Origin: Eledone cirrhosa
Taxonomy: Eukaryota
DNA length: 64,000 nt
Direction: 5' to 3'
Assembly: GCA_964016885.1 (NCBI GenBank)
Contig: OZ024741.1
Coordinates: 129,022,001 to 129,086,000 of the forward strand
The position numbers and the translations under genes were made by a program. The notes beneath the pieces were generated by a model. It did no database searches, was not told the DNA's origin, and saw only the letters and a program-made list of their open reading frames with translations. Shown here one piece after another: positions 1-12,300 of this stretch; position 1 is the first letter of the stretch, and each line of letters begins with the position of its first letter.

Positions 1-735
1 CCTTCGTCCTCTCCTTTGTTATTCTTAGCAATTTGAGATCAGCTCTCTCAACCTCTGCCCAGGTCTTTCTTGGTCATCTGCTACTGTAGCTTCCTTCTAC
101 TAAGATTTCCTGGTATTTCTTCACTCATTGGTTATTGTCCATGCACATCACATGTCCATACCAATGCAGTCTTCTCTCCTGCACACCATCTTGGATTCTC
201 CTTAAACCCAGCTTCTCCCTCAGCTCATCCAAACTCTGCCTTTCTCTCACATTTACATTGCGCATTCAACAAAACATGGTTGCTTCATTTCTCTCCAGTC
301 TATGTAGTCCCCTGTAGTCACAGCCCATGTTTCACTACCGTGCAGCATCATGTACCACACCCAGGCATCATACAGCCTTCCTTTTGAATGTAGGGAGAAA
401 CATTTTGTTGTCAACAGTGGGAGTAGTTTTCTAAACTTCTTCCTCATTCTAGCTATTATACTCTTGGTGCACTTTCCTCTGCTGCTAATTAGGTCACCTA
501 GATAGCAGAAGCTATCAGACATGTCTATGGATCCTTCCTGTGACTGGAAAAGGTTTATATCATTGGCACTCTTCTCGATTTCTCCTGTGCATCTTCTACA
601 TGCAAAGTTCTCCCTTCCTGTTAGTGCACTCATTGTCCCATTACATTTTTTGTGTACATCATATGGAGTTTATGCCTACTCCTTTTCTACATATTAAGCA
701 TGGCCACTTCCCTGAGGGAATCTGGGTCTTGTATC
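1..735 (-). mobile_element. RTE-clade LINE fragment (RT C-terminal part with Cys-rich insert), decayed
   Basis: ORF 253..633 reads DSFCYLGDLIS...KGRLYDAWVWYMMLHGSETWA, typical of the RTE C-terminus. Upstream SGKWPCLICRKGVG. Frameshifts and stops present. Confidence 0.85.
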
Positions 736-1247
736 TATATTACCCCCTCCCCTCTGATACACACACGTGTGAGTTTGTGTTTATGTAAACTGGTGTAAAT
801 ATCTGGTGGTATTTTCTTTCTAAGGGAAAACTCCCTAGTGGGTGTAGGACAGCCGTTTGATAAGTAGAAAAGGGCACTATGAGTACTAGGCTAAGCACTG
901 CACTGCACATGATACAATTGATTTAACCCTTCTGATACCAGATCTCATTCAAGGGGGTTAAAGGTTTTAGATAATTAGTGCACAACTCATACCACAGGCA
1001 TACTACACAAGGCTGACAGTTCAAACTCACCCTGGTTCTATGATATAAAACTGTTTATTTTAAAGTGTTTAACTAAAAATCTTCCATCATAATTTTATGT
1101 AAGAATCTTGTTCCAAATATCAGATGGAGAATGTGAAAGTTAGTTACATTACTAAATCCCTCCAAATTTTTGATTATTTTCAAAATTATCTGAAAATCAT
1201 AGGTAGTATCTTTCATTAGAAAAATAAGAATGAAAGGATTGAAATCA

Positions 1248-1369
1248 TTGGAAAGTGGTACCTCAGCATTTATTGGAAGGTGGTACCTCAGCATTTATTG
1301 GAAGGTGGTACCTCAGCATTTATTGGAAAGTGGTACCTCAGCATTTATTGGAAAGTGGTACCTCAGCAT
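1248..1369. repeat. 25-bp tandem repeat (ttggaaagtggtacctcagcattta), ~5 copies
   Basis: cctcagcat recurs every 25 bp from 1261. Confidence 0.9.
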
Positions 1370-1650
1370 CATGGCCACTGTCCAACTAGAACCAGTAGAA
1401 AATAAAAGAATCTTGGTGCTCATTTATTATTGACAGAAATCAGTGCTAATATTGATTTCTGCTTTAGGCACAAGGCCAGCAGAATATAAAGAATAGGAAC
1501 AAATACTGCCAAGCATTTGTCTGATGTTCTAATGACTCTGAAAAATCCACCTTAATTAATTTTGTGTATCATTTATGTATCAGATAGGGCCACCTCAGAA
1601 AAATCGACTCTTGTTGTCTTCATGCAAGTAAAACTTAAATAAATTCTTTA

Positions 1651-1681
<31 letters not shown>

Positions 1682-1689
1682 GTATAAAT

Positions 1690-3200
1690 AAAGCTTCATA
1701 CACTTAACATGTATGGGTGACCATTCGTTTCAGGGTCCAGTTATGGCCACCATTGTGTAGTGGAGAAGGCTCAGACAAAAATATGAAAAAGGGAATTCCT
1801 TTAGTTGACTATATTTGGTTCTAAACAGAGAAGAGGTTCAATTAGAAACAGGGGAGGTAATTCTGGAGTGGTTGAACTGTTGACTTTAAGCTATCTGTGT
1901 ATAGTACGCATGTGATATGAGTGGTGTGCTAATTATCTAAAACCTTTAATCCCCTTGAATAAGATCGCTGCCAAAGGCGTTTTGTTTATTTTGGGGGAAT
2001 CAAGGGAAGCAACTTTTGGGGTCGTAAACATTGCAAACTCGTAAAATAATAAAAATAAAATATTTAAAACACCCAAAACATTTATGCCTCTAATAATTCC
2101 TCAATGTTTAAAGTCTGAATACGTAAAAAGTGGATTTTATGTGATTGGTAGGTTGCTGTGTAATGTAATACTAAACCCTCTTTTAACAGACTGTTATTTA
2201 GTGAGGGTATGATGTGTTCGTTGAAAGGTAACAGGGGGATAGTGTCTGGTTAGAGGGCATCTTGTGGCTTCCCGTTAGATAAATGTTTGGCCCTCTGATG
2301 CAAGCAATATCTAAAGACCTCCATCTTGGAATTTAGGTATAGATCCTGCAAGATCTTAAATTTCTCACTCTAGGCAAAGCAGGCATATCTACCTTCCGTT
2401 TTTGTATGGTGTGGACTTTTTCAGTACTTTTCATGCAATATCATTTAGTACTCCTTTTTCGTTTAGTTGCCAGCGCTGTGGTGTTTTCATGTTGGGATGC
2501 CTAAATGAGGAGAGGTGCAAGTGAAACCTTTCCTTAAATCGGTCCTGGACTATACCTACATATTTTTCACGGGTCTCCGACTTGTTTCAAATCAGGAATA
2601 ACTCTGTATAGAATTCTTTTACTGATCTTATCTATGTCTGAGGTAGATAAGCATATTAACCTGATAGATGGATGATTAATAAAGTTTACTTATGGTCCTT
2701 TAATTTAGGGGTTTTGGGGTTATAAAGTTCACTATATTGCTCTAGGTCTAGTTTGTTCTTAATAAGATTCATTTCTCTATTAATATTATCCAAACTTTCA
2801 TTAAATAGTTTTTCTGTAGTTCTTATTCAGTTCCTTATATATAAATGTTTTATAAGTTGCAAAATCAATACTATATATGCTTATGGTTTTGTCAGCCATT
2901 ACGAATAGATTTTTTGTTTTTTTTGAAGTTACATACAGAAGAGTCTAATTCATATAGGAAAGAGTTCATATCTAGGGATTGCTTCTTAAATTTAATGTTT
3001 TTAACCATATTAAGAAGATCATCTTCAAAATTGTTGAATAGAACATAACAGGTGAACCTTAACTGAATAATAACTAAATTAGGTTCCTTTAAGAAATATA
3101 ATATGAGTGTGTTCAATGTGTTGCGAGTTATGAACACCTTTTAAAATAACTTACCTATTTTTTCTTTTTTACCCAACCGATAATTGTTGTTTATTCATAT
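1690..3200 (-). mobile_element. Penelope-like retroelement relic (N-terminal RT region plus GIY-YIG endonuclease), internally deleted and frameshifted
   Basis: Minus strand gives FEDDLLNMVKNIKF...ADKT, then KDH..NFINHPSIRLIC (~2650-2700), then YVG..DRFKERFHLHLSSFRH and CLLCL.EKFKI (~2350-2570). These are PLE RT and GIY-YIG motifs. Confidence 0.7.
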
Positions 3201-4389
3201 TAGTCCTTTAAGCCTAACATAGACTTGCACACATTTAATTACAGAAATACTTAGATACAATATAAATTATGGCTGAGTATTATGATGATATGGTTTGTGA
3301 CTTATACAAATTATACTGTATACCCTGTGTTCATAAGTGTAGTGATATATACGAGTGTGTATATGATATTGTATATATTTATGAATGTGATTAGCCATTT
3401 GCATGTGTAATTCAAATTATGAATCAACACAGTCGGATTAACGTAGATTCTTATTTCAACCAGTCACCTTTCTAAACCAACACTGTCTATTACACAGTGA
3501 TTCTTAATCATTAAGTAATGTAATTATACTTTAGTCATGCTGTAACACCAGACATAAATTAAACAGATTACGTTGCACCTAAATTCACTGCCCCAAAGAC
3601 GTAACACTGCTTTTTTGTTTTGAATTTACCACTGGTCATGTTAATCTTTAGTGCGCTTGTAATTTTTATGAGTTGTTTCCCTTGACACTGCATTATTTAT
3701 TAAGAGGAGATTACTCTAGGGTGCATTATGTTGCTTACAGCTTGCTAAAGATTAATTAATTGCACACACTGTTAGATATCATACTGTTTTGTGTCTCTGC
3801 TCCTGAGTTTCTGTTATATCAGAGTGAGTAACATTGTTGATAATAATAATGAACTTACCTATTGCACATCTATTAATATAAAAATTACATAATTGTTGTT
3901 ATGGGTTTTGGACTGTCTGTTTTTCTCTCTCTCTGTGTTGCAGCATGTCGCAATTTTACTGTTCTTTATACAACACTTGCACAGAAAAACTCTACGGTCT
4001 TATGTCTCATAAGCTTAAAAAATACTACTTCACTGTAATTACCACTCTCTACTTGGATCTGCTTTGCCTGTTTCTTTTCATTGCTTGCTTATATTCATTA
4101 CTTGCTAATGTTCTGGATATATGTATGTGTTGAATTTAATCTCTCTAAATGGTCCTGAGGATATGCTGGTATGTTTGTATACTATGTGAATAGTTATTAA
4201 TTAATCATAACTGATTGACTCATTGTTTGCATGTATGTACGAGCTTCTCTCATGTATAGAAACAATTGTAGGGATTAAAGAAGGATTTAATTTAAAAACC
4301 TTCAATTTTTATATATATATGTGTGTGTGTGTATATATATATATACAGACACACACACACACACTTGATGTATGTGTGTGTGTATATCA

Positions 4390-4610
4390 TCATCACCGTT
4401 TTACGCCTGTACTTCCACGCTAGCATGGGTTAGACGGGTTGTCCTGTTGTGGGCAGTGTCCGGCCGGCTGACCATGTCTTGCTCATACAGGGACTGATTC
4501 TGGCTTGATTTCTACAGCTGGATGCCCTTCCTAACACCAACCTCATTTACAGTGAGTGCTGGGTGCTTTTTTGCCGTGGTACCTCCACGACCACTTTGCA
4601 GTGGAATGAT
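4390..4610 (-). mobile_element. Short non-autonomous RTE-derived (bipartite) retroposon
   Basis: Contains ttaggaagggcatccagctgtagaa plus a 3' tail aacccgtctaacccatgctagcgtggaa...(gat)n. Related copies at ~36905-37072(+), 48905-49170(-), 58995-59250(-). Confidence 0.7.
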
Positions 4611-4619
4611 ATATCATCA

Positions 4620-4978
4620 TTATCATCATTTTACGTCCGCTTTTCCCTGCTTGCAAGGGTGGGACGGGTCTTATTCAGCACAGCATCTCTCCACTCGTCA
4701 CGGTCCTTTGTCATCTCCACCGTGAGCTTCAATGATCTGAGGTCTGTTCTCACCACCTCCGCCCATGTTTTTCGTGGTCTACCTCTACCACGTCTTCCTT
4801 CAACTGGCATTTCCTGGCACTTCTTCACCCATCGGTCATCCTCCATGCGCATCACATGTCCATACCACCTCAGTCTCCTCTCCCATACACTACATTCTAT
4901 CCCTCTCAGACACAGTTTCTCTCTCAACACATTCATGCTGGGTCGTTCACGCACATTTACACTGCACATCCAACGGAT
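4620..4978 (-). mobile_element. RTE LINE 3' end (5'-truncated)
   Basis: ORF 4631..4969 RRLRWYGHVMRM...GRPRKTW, with (gat)n tail. Near-identical to the copy at 58196..58534. Confidence 0.9.
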
Positions 4979-5007
4979 GCCTCATTTATATATATATATA
5001 TATATCT

Positions 5008-5560
5008 GTTAGAACACGAAAAGTGTGAAACACAGAATGTTCACTTTTCGTGTTCTAACATATATGCCTAGCTTCTTTAAAAATTTTTCGGGGATAGCCG
5101 TGGTGGTGATCGTATGTGATTGGCTAATTTTCAACCAATCAGAGTACCTCTCTCTATATCTCTTCCACTGTTACTTACGCCTGTTTCTCTCTATCTGTTC
5201 CGTCTCTATTTATATCTCTTACTCTTTCGCTTTGCACTCCTCCCCTTCAATACCATCTCTCCCCCTCTCTATATATTTGTTACTCTATCGCTGCACGCTC
5301 CTCTCCTTCAATATATCAATTACACACGCTTTACACTCCTTTATCCCCAGCGCCCCTATATATACACCCCCTCTCCCGCATCTATATTTTAATGTACCGT
5401 TGCACCGTGAATACATGTGTCTATATATATATATACATATATATTGTATATACACATTCATGTATGTGTATACACACTCATGTATGTATATACACTGGTT
5501 TTATGTGTGTATTGTAAATTTGTACTGTTAAAACACGAAACTAACATTCGATTGACACTT
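5008..5560. mobile_element. Helentron/HINE-like non-autonomous element with sub-terminal inverted repeats
   Basis: 19-bp perfect hairpin tgttagaacacgaaaagtg / cacttttcgtgttctaaca at 5008-5060. The motif recurs as gttaaaacacgaa at 5527. Microsatellite-like interior. Confidence 0.5.
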
Positions 5561-6192
5561 TGATTACCTGTACAGGCAATAGTTATTAGAATGCTGTTGA
5601 AGTGTGTATATATTTTTGGGGGACATCCTGTATATACACACATTATATATAATACAATAAACAGATAAATACACACATATATATATGAGCTTATTTAATT
5701 ATAAATATTGTGAATTTTTAACTCAGTTCAATTATATATATAAATGGCTTCTACAGGACTAGAACTGTTTCATTCGAAAGAAATCATCATAATATTGAGA
5801 GGGGGGACTAGATAAAATATTTCAAATCAAATGTGTATAAGTTATAAGTTAAAATGTATAAATAGAGACGATAGTGGAGGTATATCTGTTTAGTGGAACA
5901 GTAGACGATAGAATTAAATACAGACGATAATCTCCCTTTAATGAAACAGCAGACGATAGAATTAAGGCAATTTAAATTTTAAGCATTTGCATTTTTGCCT
6001 TTCATCGTTACGGGGTCGATAAAATAAAGTACCAGTAATACACTGTCACTAGACGACTTTCAAATTGAATTGTTGGTTCCATTTCTTTAGTATTTTCAAT
6101 TGTAGTTATCTACTTAAAAAGCGTTACACGGTTAGAGACATAATTCGTAAGTTATATCTTCCCTATTAAACCATTGCATTATTTCGCCTACA

Positions 6193-6382
6193 GGGCGGTG
6201 AATTGGCAGTATCGGTAGAGGGTTGGACGCCATGCTTTCTAGCATAGTTACGTCCCTTTACAGTCTGAGTTCAAATCCCGCCGAGGTTAACTTTGCCTTT
6301 CATCCTTACGGGGTCGATAAAATAAAGTACCAGTAATGTACTGGGTAATTTGCTGGCCTTGTGCCTAAAGTAGAAACAATTA
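6193..6382 (+). mobile_element. tRNA-derived SINE with Nin-domain-like core
   Basis: A-box-like tggcagtatcggtaga, B-box gagttcaaatcc, core gcctttcatccttacggggtcgataaaataaagtaccag. Many copies in the window. Confidence 0.8.
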
Positions 6383-6602
6383 TTTCGCCTACAATAGAAC
6401 AAAAATGAAATGTTCTTTAAAGAAACAGGAATATAACTTTATAAAAAAAAAAGTTGCATCCGCTTCTTTTATCATTGATAATTTTTTCGTTTTAATATTA
6501 ATTGTTTTTTGCAGTTGTTTATATTAAAAATCTTACTGTAATATTTACTTAAACGAAGGCAAACATCTAAACTTATAGATTAATCTTGAGCGAAGGACTA
6601 GA

Positions 6603-6764
<162 letters not shown>

Positions 6765-7159
6765 AACGAAGAATGATAAAATTTCAAGCAAAGAGTTTAA
6801 TTAGGTATATTTTGTAATATTATTAACTAATTATTATAATTAACGCGCATATTTTGCTATCCTCAAACACGTTTACACATGGCATGAAATATAACTAATC
6901 CGAGATGGCTAGGTTTCATCTTCTAACTGGATAAACGAAATCCATTATGTCTTGACAACAACATGAGGTAACATTATGTTATTCACAGACACACTTTGTA
7001 CACTGTTCCATATCAGAATGTATTTCCTTCGTCACATTCACAAACAGTATTGAAAATATGTTCTTCGGCAAATAAAAATGTTTTGTTCATAATATTTCAA
7101 CTAGCGATTGCTCTACTCCACGCACGACCACCATAAATTAATGACCAGCTCAACACAAG

Positions 7160-7330
7160 TATTGGTAGAGCGTCAGACACCATGCTTTGCAGTATTGTTA
7201 TGGTCCTTTGCATTCTAAGTTCAAATCCTGCCGAGGTTAACTTCGACTTTCATACTTACTAATTCGATAAAATAAAGTACCAGTAATGGACTGCCGTAAT
7301 GGATTTGTGCCGAAAAATAGAAACACTATT
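7160..7330 (+). mobile_element. tRNA-derived SINE (same family as 6193)
   Basis: gttcaaatcctgccgaggttaac...gataaaataaagtaccag. Confidence 0.75.
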
Positions 7331-7882
7331 AATGTGCAATAAGAGCAAAATATAACGACATTGCTCAATTATTTTATCTAATGTTGTAATAACACAAGGA
7401 AATGTTGTTTGTGTATTTTTTTTTATATTTGCTCATAGGCTTTTACAATTTCGCTCAGCCAACAACTATTAAAAAGTGAGTTGCTTAAGATAACAATTTA
7501 ATCACAAATTGTTGCTATCTTTTAATACACTCCAACAAGTCATCAAATTATGTACAATAAAAACAAATCTTATTAATTTGCTCAGGGAATATAAAGAAAA
7601 TGTATATACACTGATAATTGCAATTGTATGTAAATATTTTGTTTTTGTATTGTATATTTTATGTTTTCTATTATGTATAATATATTGATTTAATATTGAT
7701 TGTTTTTTTGTAGTTGTTTATATTAAAAGTCTGAAAATATTTTTATACATCTTACACTAATATTTATAAGATAATTTATAATAACAATTACATAATCTAA
7801 TTACATTACAACGATAATTTATTATTAATATATATCCTGTTTAACTAGAGTTATTACAAGCGTTGCCTTAAAAAAATATTAA

Positions 7883-8837
7883 ACTAGACATGAAAAATGC
7901 GCAAGCTCAAAAGTGCCACAGAATGTTATAATAAACCTTCAAAAGTGTGGGACTAGAGTTGTTGCTAAAAAATATTGTAATCATTATATATCGTACATTC
8001 TGTGGCATCCTTTATAAAAATAGCTTAAACCAACGAAGCCTTTATTTTTACGCTATTTCACTTAGTTAATTCTTAGAGTGTAACATATAAAAATAAATAC
8101 ATCTATGTTTAATGTAATAACAGCTATAAATAATTACGTAATATTATTATCATATACTCATAGTAACAAAATAATTGTGTTGAAACTTAATATGATGCTT
8201 ATATGAACGATCAAATCTATAATGATAATTTCTTAAATATACTAATAGTAAAATAATTTAGTTATCTATTGTTACATTTTCATAGAACTATAATATTAAC
8301 AATCGTATTGCATTATCAAATTTTTATCACTACAAACTTTCATATTGGAATTACCTTAAGCCACTTATTATTACTTCGCTTTCGTACTTTTACAGCTGTA
8401 GATATTGCGCTGTATCTTATATCTAATATCAATATCTCGTGGTAATTTGCATGAAGTGTAAAATAGGTTTATTAATAACTTTAATATGAAATGTATTATA
8501 CAGGGCTGCGGAGTCGGTCAAAAATTGACTGGCTCCAACTCAGGATCCGATACTCCATTATTTCCTAAATTTCAGCTCCGCAGCTCTGTTATTATATTAA
8601 TTAATTTATTTTATAGTTGTAAATCATATTTTTATATGTTACACTCTAAGAATTAACTAAGTGAAATAGCGTAAAAATAAAGGCTTCGTTGGTTTAAGCT
8701 ATTTTTATAAAGGATGCCACAGAATGTACGATATATAATGATTACAATATTTTTTAGCAACAACTCTAGTCCCACACTTTTGAAGGTTTATTATAACATT
8801 CTGTGGCACTTTTGAGCTTGCGCATTTTTCATGTCTA

Positions 8838-8839
<2 letters not shown>
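7883..8839. repeat. Perfect 213-bp inverted repeat (7883-8095 / 8627-8839) with 531-bp spacer; foldback or MITE-like
   Basis: The arms read as exact reverse complements, from actagacatgaaaaatgcgc to gcgcatttttcatgtctagt. Confidence 0.92.
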
Positions 8840-8875
<36 letters not shown>

Positions 8876-9190
8876 CATCTTTTACATTATACAAGGTGAT
8901 GTTGTACCCATTGTATTAATTAATGAAGGGTCCAATAAATTTCATGTTGACTTAATGTGTACACACACACACATTTATTAGACACACACATATATATATA
9001 GTAGCATGTATGTACATAGATATCTGTGTGTCTGTATACATACATGCACTTATTGTTTTCGATTTGGAATGATTTGAAATTGTTACAGCTGGATTCTCTC
9101 TTTTCTATTGATGAGCAGTGGACTATGAAGTACAAGTGGATGTTGTTTTTGTTTCTCTGTATTTGTTCTATCAATCAAGCAAACTGGGGC

Positions 9191-9226
<36 letters not shown>

Positions 9227-9363
9227 ATTGTGTATCTAACTCAGTCAAACAACACATGAACACTAAAGTTTGTTTTGAACTTGAGGTCTGTAATTGATAC
9301 TTAGGTTCATACTCAGCTGGTATTAAGCCTACCACATCTTAACATATAATAGTTACTTGTACT

Positions 9364-12300
9364 TGGCAGTGGAGAGTGTTGCCAGTTTGTGGGCAGTGGA
9401 GAGTGTGACCAGTTTGTGGGCAGTGCAGTGTGTGACCAGTTTGTGGAGAGAGTGACCACCTTGTGGGCAGTGGACGGTGTGTGGCCACCTTGTGGGCAGT
9501 GGAGAGTGTGACCACCTTGTGGGCAGTGGAGGATGTGTGGCCTCCTTGTGGAGAGTGACCATTTTGTGGGCAGTGGAGGATGTGTGACTACCTTGTGGGC
9601 AGTGGAGGATGTGTGACTACCTTGTGGACAGTGGAGTGTGTGACTACCTTGTGGGCAGTGGAGGATGTGTGACTACCTTGTGGACAGTGGAGTGTGTGAC
9701 TACCTTGTGGACAGTGGAGGGTGTGTGACTACCTTGTGGACAGTGGAGGGTGTGTGACCACCTTGTGGAGTGTGTGACCACCTTGTGGACAGTGGAGTGT
9801 GTGACCACCTTGTGGACAGTGGAGTGTGTGACCACCTTGTGGACAGTGGAGTGTGTGACCACCTTGTGGACAGTGGAGGATGTGTGACTACCTTGTGGAC
9901 AGTGGAGGGTGTGTGACCACCTTGTGGACAGTGGAGTGTGTGACCACCTTGTGGACAGTGGAGTGTGACCACCTTGTGGACAGTGGAGTGTGTGACTACC
10001 TTGTGGACAGTGGAGGGTGTGTGACCAGCTTGTGGACAGTGGAGTGTGTGACTACCTTGTGGACAGTGGAGTGTGTGACTACCTTGTGGACAGTGGAGTG
10101 TGTGACCACCTTGTGGGCAGTGGAGTGTGTGTGACCACCTTGTGGACAGTGGAGTGTGTGACCACCTTGTGGGCAGTGGAGTGTGTGACTACCTTGTGGA
10201 CAGTGGAGGGTGTGACTACCTTGTGGGCAGTGGAGGATGTGTGACTACCTTGTGGGCAGTGGAGGATGTGTGACTACCTTGTGGACAGTGGAGTGTGTGA
10301 CTACCTTGTGGGCAGTGGAGGATGTGTGACTACCTTGTGGGCAGTGGAGGATGTGTGACTACCTTGTGGACAGTGGAGGGTGTGTGACCACCTTGTGGGC
10401 AGTGGAGTGTGTGACCACCTTGTGGACAGTGGAGTGTGTGACCACCTTGTGGACAGTGGAGGGTGTGTGACTACCTTGTGGACAGTGGAGTGTGTGACCA
10501 CCTTGTGGACAGTGGAGTGTGTGACCACCTTGTGGACAGTGGAGTGTGTGACCACCTTGTGGACAGTGGAGTGTGTGACTACCTTGTGGGCAGTGGAGTG
10601 TGTGACTACCTTGTGGGCAGTGGAGTGTGTGTGACCACCTTGTGGACAGTGGAGGGTGTGTGACCACCTTGTGGACAGTGGAGGGTGTGTGACCACCTTG
10701 TGGACAGTGGAGTGTGTGACCACCTTGTGGACAGTGGAGTGTGTGTGACTACCTTGTGGACAGTGGAGGGTGTGTGACCACCTTGTGGACAGTGGAGGGT
10801 GTGTGACCACCTTGTGGACAGTGGAGTGTGTGACCACCTTGTGGACAGTGGAGTGTGTGTGACCACCTTGTGGACAGTGGAGTGTGTGTGACTACCTTGT
10901 GGACAGTGGAGTGTGTGTGACCACCTTGTGGACAGTGGAGGGTGTGTGACCACCTTGTGGACAGTGGAGTGTGTGACCACCTTGTGGACAGTGGAGTGTG
11001 TGTGACTACCTTGTGGACAGTGGAGGGTGTGACCACCTTGTGGACAGTGGAGTGTGTGACTACCTTGTGGACAGTGGAGGGTGTGACCACCTTGTGGACA
11101 GTGGAGGGTGTGTGACCACCTTGTGGACAGTGGAGTGTGACCACCTTGTGGACAGTGGAGTGTGTGTGACCACCTTGTGGACAGTGGAGTGTGTGTGACC
11201 ACCTTGTGGACAGTGGAGTGTGTGACCACCTTGTGGACAGTGGAGTGTGTGACTACCTTGTGGACAGTGGAGGGTGTGACCACCTTGTGGACAGTGGAGG
11301 GTGTGTGACCACCTTGTGGACAGTGGAGTGTGTGACCACCTTGTGGACAGTGGAGGGTGTGTGACTACCTTGTGGACAGTGGAGTGTGTGACTACCTTGT
11401 GGACAGTGGAGGGTGTGACCACCTTGTGGACAGTGGAGGGTGTGTGACCACCTTGTGGACAGTGGAGGATGTGTGACCACCTTGTGGACAGTGGAGGGTG
11501 TGTGACTACCTTGTGGGCAGTGGAGGGTGTGACCACCTTGTGGGCAGTGGAGGATGTGTGACTACCTTGTGGACAGTGGAGTGTGTGACTACCTTGTGGA
11601 CAGTGGAGTGTGTGACTACCTTGTGGACAGTGGAGTGTGTGACTACCTTGTGGGCAGTGGAGGATGTGTGACTACCTTGTGGACAGTGGAGGGTGTGTGA
11701 CTACCTTGTGGACAGTGGAGTGTGTGACTACCTTGTGGACAGTGGAGGGTGTGTGACCACCTTGTGGACAGTGGAGGGTGTGTGACCACCTTGTGGACAG
11801 TGGAGTGTGTGACTACCTTGTGGACAGTGGAGTGTGTGTGACTACCTTGTGGACAGTGGAGGGTGTGTGACTACCTTGTGGGCAGTGGAGGATGTGTGAC
11901 TACCTTGTGGACAGTGGAGGGTGTGTGGCCACCTTGTGGGCAGTGGAGGGTGTGTGGCCACCTTGTGGGCAGTGGAGGGTGTGTGACCACCTTGTAGGCA
12001 GTGGACGGTGTGTGACCACCTTGTGGACAGTGGAGGGTGTGTGACCACTTTGTGGACAGTGGAGTGTGTGTGACCACCTTGTAGGCAGTGGACGGTGTGT
12101 GACCACCTTGTGGACAGTGGAGGGTGTGTGACTACCTTGTGGACAGTGGAGTGTGTGACCACCTTGTGGACAGTGGAGTGTGTGACCACCTTGTGGACAG
12201 TGGAGTGTGTGACCACCTTGTGGACAGTGGAGTGTGTGACCACCTTGTGGACAGTGGAGGGTGTGACCACCTTGTGGACAGTGGAGGGTGTGTGACCACC

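Noticed and set aside
1700-1780. Hammerhead at the 3' end of the Penelope relic (ctgag...gaaac, minus strand)
   Set aside because: The core reads CTGAGCC rather than CUGANGA and the stems are unconvincing
6193-6290. tRNA genes at SINE heads (also 24395, 39072, 62866)
   Set aside because: A/B boxes are present but there is no cloverleaf, and they continue into SINE bodies
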